Below, in pieces: positions 59,551 to 64,000 of a DNA stretch of 64,000 nucleotides. A model generated the notes under the pieces. The model worked only from the letters and a program-made list of their open reading frames with translations. It ran no database searches and was not told the origin of the DNA. The DNA comes from Octopus sinensis (lineage: Eukaryota): positions 45,012,001-45,076,000 of the forward strand of contig NC_043013.1 in NCBI RefSeq assembly GCF_006345805.1, read 5' to 3'. The position numbers and the translations under genes are program-made. The number at the start of each line of letters is the position of its first letter. Position 1 is the stretch's first letter.

Positions 59551-61107
59551 GAAACAGAAGCCAAGCCACCCTCAAATCACACCTTACCGTTCTAACGTTC
59601 CACTGAAAAAGACATGATTTTCATGGCTGGGTATTACTTTTGATCATAACTCTGGTCGATCAGTCAGTATTGATCTGGGTTTAAACAACAGAGGCATCAA
59701 AGCTACACTTGAATCAGAAAGTTTATGTTATATAAAGGCCGGTAGGGTAGCTATGCTTTTCATCTACCTGGGATCGATAAAATACATTACTAGTCAAATA
59801 CTGGTTGGTTATAATCGATATTCCCCTCTACCAAATCCCTAGCTTTGCATCTGTGTTATAAGCGATTATATAAAAGCACCACAAACCACCACAATCTTGT
59901 AAAACACCAGATGGAACAGCTTGCCTTGTCTAGTTACCCCCCTTTACATTCTGAGTTCGAGTCTGACCGTTGTCAACTTTTATGTATATTTTTGTTCAAG
60001 CCTGTCCATTATGAGCAGATATATGATCAAAGGCATTCCACCATGACTATCCTGTCTTTTATATATCAAGGGCTATGTAATACAATGTGTCGTTTTTCTT
60101 TTAAAAACACTATTGTATAGCAGAGGGGATTTGGCTGCTCTTTCTAGCAGATCGACCGACCGCGTAGTGATTCGTTCGTGGACTCGTTTTTATCTCGTCG
60201 TTTAGCTCCAGGTCAACTTTGATTACGTTGATCTAAGATCAAATTTCCCGTCTTATTTTTAATATCTAGGCCTATAGTATCCAATGTGTTCTTCCCAATT
60301 TATTTTTAAGGCGGTGGGGGTATAACTCTTTTTTTAAAATTATTTTTTAAATGACTCCATATAATGTAGGTTTAGATAATCTCCACAAGAGATGGGCACG
60401 GCTGGAACGTCTTTGATCATAAGTCTGCTTCATTTGAACTCCCCTGGCGCTAAGCAACAACCGCATCATCAGCACCAACACCGGAGAGTCTCTACATGAT
60501 GGCTCGACTTGCTAGAAATAGCAGTCGAATCTCCTTCATATCACTGTCATCTTAAATAAATAAATGAATAAATAAATAAATAACAATGTACTTCTGGATC
60601 AATGGTTCCCAAATTTTTCTATGCCCTGCGCCCCTAGGAAATGATTGATTAATTTTTGCAGCTCAATGGAGCAGACTTTTCTTACCATAGTTAACAATCT
60701 TGTCTGTTCTCTGTCTCAATTTCTTTTTAACTGACTGTTATAACGATGAACACAAAATAATCATTTCGCCCAATGTTGTAGTTACAACATTAAATATATT
60801 TTTCAGGCAAAACAACGGGTTTATACCGCAGTTAACTTTATTTGAGCCGCTGATCAACTTACTTCAGAGGTTGGATCAACTTATCCCACAGGCGGAGCAA
60901 ACTGAACCATTTGACATTAATTTTTTGAAAGGTTACCGTGACTTTCAGTGTGAAAATAGAAAGTTAGAATTAGCTACGAATGTTTCCTAAGGATTTAATT
61001 TGAAAGTAAGATACTATTTTCTGCAAGAACAGTAATTTCACTCCTAACTAAAACTGGATCAACTTGCTTCGTCTTCCCTTACGGAAAAGTTAATTTTGTA
61101 ACAACTG

Positions 61108-61696
61108 CCGTATTTGATAGCATATAAGACGTCCTTTTTCCCATCATGGTGTTCCAACGTCAGCCCATCGTGATCGATGCCAGTGGGCATCTTTTGGGGC
61201 GTTTGTCTGCAGTCGTAGCCAAAAGTCTCTTGCAAGGACAAAGAATGGTAATTGTCCGATGTGAAGGTATCAATATTTAAGGCCATTTCCACAGAAATAA
61301 AATGAAGTATTTAGATTACCTTCGAAAACGATTCCATTTCAGGGCCCCCAGCAAAATTTTCTTTAGGACAGTCAGAGATATGCTTCCTCATAAAATTAAG
61401 CGTGGAAAAGATGCTCTTGGCCGACTGAAGGCATTTGAGAGTATCCCTCCTCAGTACAACAAAAAGAAGCGAATGATTGTTCCAGCAGCTCTCCGATTTA
61501 TTATTATTATTTTTGGTAAAATTACAGAGTAACACCCGCACGTGTAATTTTACCTTGAAAATAAAAATGTCTCAAACAGTTACCCCGAGTCTTATATATG
61601 AAGCCGAGTCTATATTACATGGTTAAAGGTACTAAAACCTTTTCCTGAATATACGTGGCTGGAATTTGAGTGCGTCTTCCATGACATGAAAAACAG
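61108..61696. mobile_element. Degenerate TcMar-Tc2 (MER104-like) element enclosing the RPL13A fragment
   Basis: CCGTATTTGATAGCATATAAGACGTCC versus the reverse complement of 61670-61696 matches 18/27 ungapped; TG/TA flanks. Confidence 0.45.
61146..61496 (+). pseudogene. RPL13A: Processed pseudogene of 60S ribosomal protein L13a (uL13), 3'-truncated
   Basis: [82 protein letters not shown]...[12 protein letters not shown]; TAA at 61278-80, in-frame loss of the MNTNPxRGP nonapeptide, no introns. Confidence 0.92.
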
Positions 61697-61899
61697 TAAT
61701 TTATCATTCGTTCTCATTTTTTTTTTTTTTCCAAAATTAAACTTCATACGGTAGGGTGGGTGAACAAACAGGACTGAAAATATAATTTTTGACACAGACT
61801 GCATAAAAATAGAACCGTAAACAATTTAGAAAAAGAGAACTGTAAACAGGGAAATCAGTCGCAATTGAAAACAAAATTTCAAGGACTTCTTTTTTTGTC

Positions 61900-62051
61900 T
61901 TATTTCTCGTTCAGAACATTATCAGAACGTGGAATTTTCTTGCAAACTGCCATCAGCAGGTCTACCTGAAGATTCAGGCGAAACCTAGATTTTGTGTTGA
62001 GTGAGGAAAGAGAACTGAATCTAGATTCACACAAGTATGTTGTTACAAATG
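61900..62051 (-). mobile_element. hAT (Charlie/Buster) transposase C-terminal dimerisation-domain remnant
   Basis: PFVTTYLCESRFSSLSSLNTKSRFRLNLQVDLLMAVCKKIPR. Confidence 0.8.
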
Positions 62052-62473
62052 GAATCTTTTCGGTTTGAACGGCAGTTTTTGCTAGCGGTGTCATATGAAA
62101 TTGTCACCCATAATTATGACCCTAGTATCGATCTATTGCATTTCAATCTCTTTTAGGGTTAGGGTTAGGGGTGGGGGGAAAGGGTATCGTTTTTTCTTCA
62201 CAAATGTAAATAAACCCAATCTGTTTCTTAAACGAGGGACATATTCATACGGAACAGAATGTTTTTTTTTACCTCAATAGACGTCATAGATTGGTTGAAA
62301 TTGCAGAAATTGAAGAAAAAAAACAATAAATATCTTACAAACTATAGAATTTTCTCAATAAAGCCAAGAGAAAAAGATGTTTTATAATCACATTCTACCA
62401 GTATACGAAGTTTAAAAGTGTTTAGTTACGTGGAAATTATTTTAAAAAACTGCCGTTCAAACCGAAAAGATCC
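62052..62473. mobile_element. MITE copy 3 (same family as 4224), no TSD
   Basis: Same TIR and body; carries GGGTTAGGGTTAGGGGTGGGGGGAAAGGG at 62156-62184. Confidence 0.9.
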
Positions 62474-63101
62474 CATTTGGAATGCACCCTTATTCTCAAA
62501 TAGAATGAGCTTTTGGCCCTAATCAAATTTACTCATACAAAATAAAAATAAAAAGTTCTTGATGTGCTTAGTAGAATAGAGTTTTATAGGAATTGGTTAA
62601 TACTTTTATTTTGAAAATTGATCTAAATAAATTATATTTTTTTCGTCTTTGTCGCACTCCTAGAAAATGAATTTCTAGAACATCGCCGGATGGGAACTCC
62701 TGTTCTACGTCCAGATATATTTAAATACAATGACAGAAAGAAAGAAAAGAAAATACTGTTCCCTTCGTTGGTCGAGTGACAATGTATGAGCACATTTTGA
62801 CTTGTAACAAGACTACATGAATTATCTCCCTTTAACTACAAACTTGCTAATTTAAGCACCGACCTGTCAATGTATCATATTATGCGATAGATAGGAAACA
62901 GTCACAGCTACGTCTATGAGAAGACACCTACGAGATCCCTTGACCTGCTAGAAATAGTAGCCAAACACTTTATTTAAATCATACCATGCTGTTTTACAAT
63001 ACCGTTGAAAAGGACGGGGATTACATGAATTGATTATTTCTGAACATGTCTCCTTAAGCAGGGCTTATCTGGAATCAAAACAACAACCATCACCAAAATA
63101 G

Positions 63102-63515
63102 GGATCTTTTCGATTTGAACGGCAGTTTTTAACATAATTTCTAGGTAACTAAAAAATTTTTAACCTCGTATACTGGTAGAATGTGTTTATAAAACATCTT
63201 TTTCTCTTGGCGTTATTGAGAAAATTCTATAGTTTGTAAGATATTTGTTGTTTTTTCTTCAATTTCTGCAATTTCAACCAATCAGTGACGTCTATTGAGG
63301 TGAAAACATTCTGTGCCGTATGAGTATGTCCCTCGTTTAAGAAACAGATTAGGTTTATTTACATTTGTGAAGAAAAAAAGATACTCTTCCCCCCACCCCT
63401 AACCCTAACTCTAAAATAGATTGAAATGCAATAGATCGATACTAGGGTCATAATTATGGGTGACAATTTCATATGACACTGCTAGGAAAAACTGCTGTTC
63501 AAACCGAAAAGATCC
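63102..63515. mobile_element. MITE copy 4, 8-bp TSD CAAAATAG
   Basis: TSD at 63094-63101 and 63516-63523; opposite orientation to copy 3. Confidence 0.9.
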
Positions 63516-63814
63516 CAAAATAGTTCTGCTGAAGCCTTTAACACTTTCATGACCATATTCCTGATGCAATATCGGGTCGATTTGTTTTAGTTAATTTCTC
63601 AATTAATCAACGATTTCGAGGGGTTAGTAAAATAATAATTTATCCATTACTGATTATCCTGTTTGTGACATAAGATTAGAGGTACACAGTGAACAAAAAG
63701 AATTTTCCATCTGTACATATTCTGTTGAACAACATGTCTGTTCCACATATCAAATGGCAAACGAGTAGGCTCAAAAAACAACCATCAATAACTACTCTCC
63801 TCACCTTGGTTCTT

Positions 63815-63846
<32 letters not shown>

Positions 63847-64000
63847 TACACACACTCATACACACATGCACAAACTCTCTCTCACACATACACACACACA
63901 CACTCATACACACATACACAAACTCTCTCTCTAGCTCTCCTTTCTCTCTCACTCACATACACAAACTCTCTCTCTCTCTCACACACACACACACTCATAC
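63815..64000. repeat. Compound (CT)n/(CA)n microsatellite with higher-order repetition
   Basis: ctctctcacacacacatacacacactcatacacac..caaact recurs to the window end. Confidence 0.85.

Noticed and set aside
61966-61990. CTGAAGA...GAAAC hammerhead-like core
   Set aside because: No stem II or stem I pairing; it is the antisense of hAT transposase codons.
62156-62184. TTAGGG repeats as a telomere or chromosome-fusion scar
   Set aside because: Short, degenerate, and at the same position in all four MITE copies.

Overview
AT-rich, microsatellite- and retroposon-dense animal genomic DNA. The repeat families look like those of an octopus/cephalopod, but that is recall, not verified. One clear protein-coding gene is present: a plus-strand AF9/ENL (MLLT3/MLLT1-type) YEATS-domain gene. 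Its model is: probable MTTQ start micro-exon at 11308, ~20 kb first intron, YEATS exons at 31656 and 36492, a candidate 72-nt exon, and a 2-kb terminal exon encoding a Lys/Glu/Ser-rich region plus a divergent AHD/ET domain; about 830 aa in total. There is also a processed RPL13A pseudogene inside degenerate Tc2-like inverted repeats. The rest is SINEs, RTE/CR1/CRE LINE remnants, MITEs of several superfamilies, Helitron-like elements, tandem duplications and foldbacks. Highlights: (1) an intact full type I hammerhead ribozyme at 7393-7500, plus two minimal Penelope-type hammerheads whose stem I covaries; (2) three, possibly four, RTE-type insertions with twin-priming-style 5' inversions, one with an 11-bp TSD and a seamless breakpoint; (3) a charge reversal in the AHD at the human AF9 D544-equivalent position; (4) TSD-flanked multimeric SINEs; (5) long foldbacks that could be dsRNA/ADAR substrates. 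All coordinates and alignments were read by eye.
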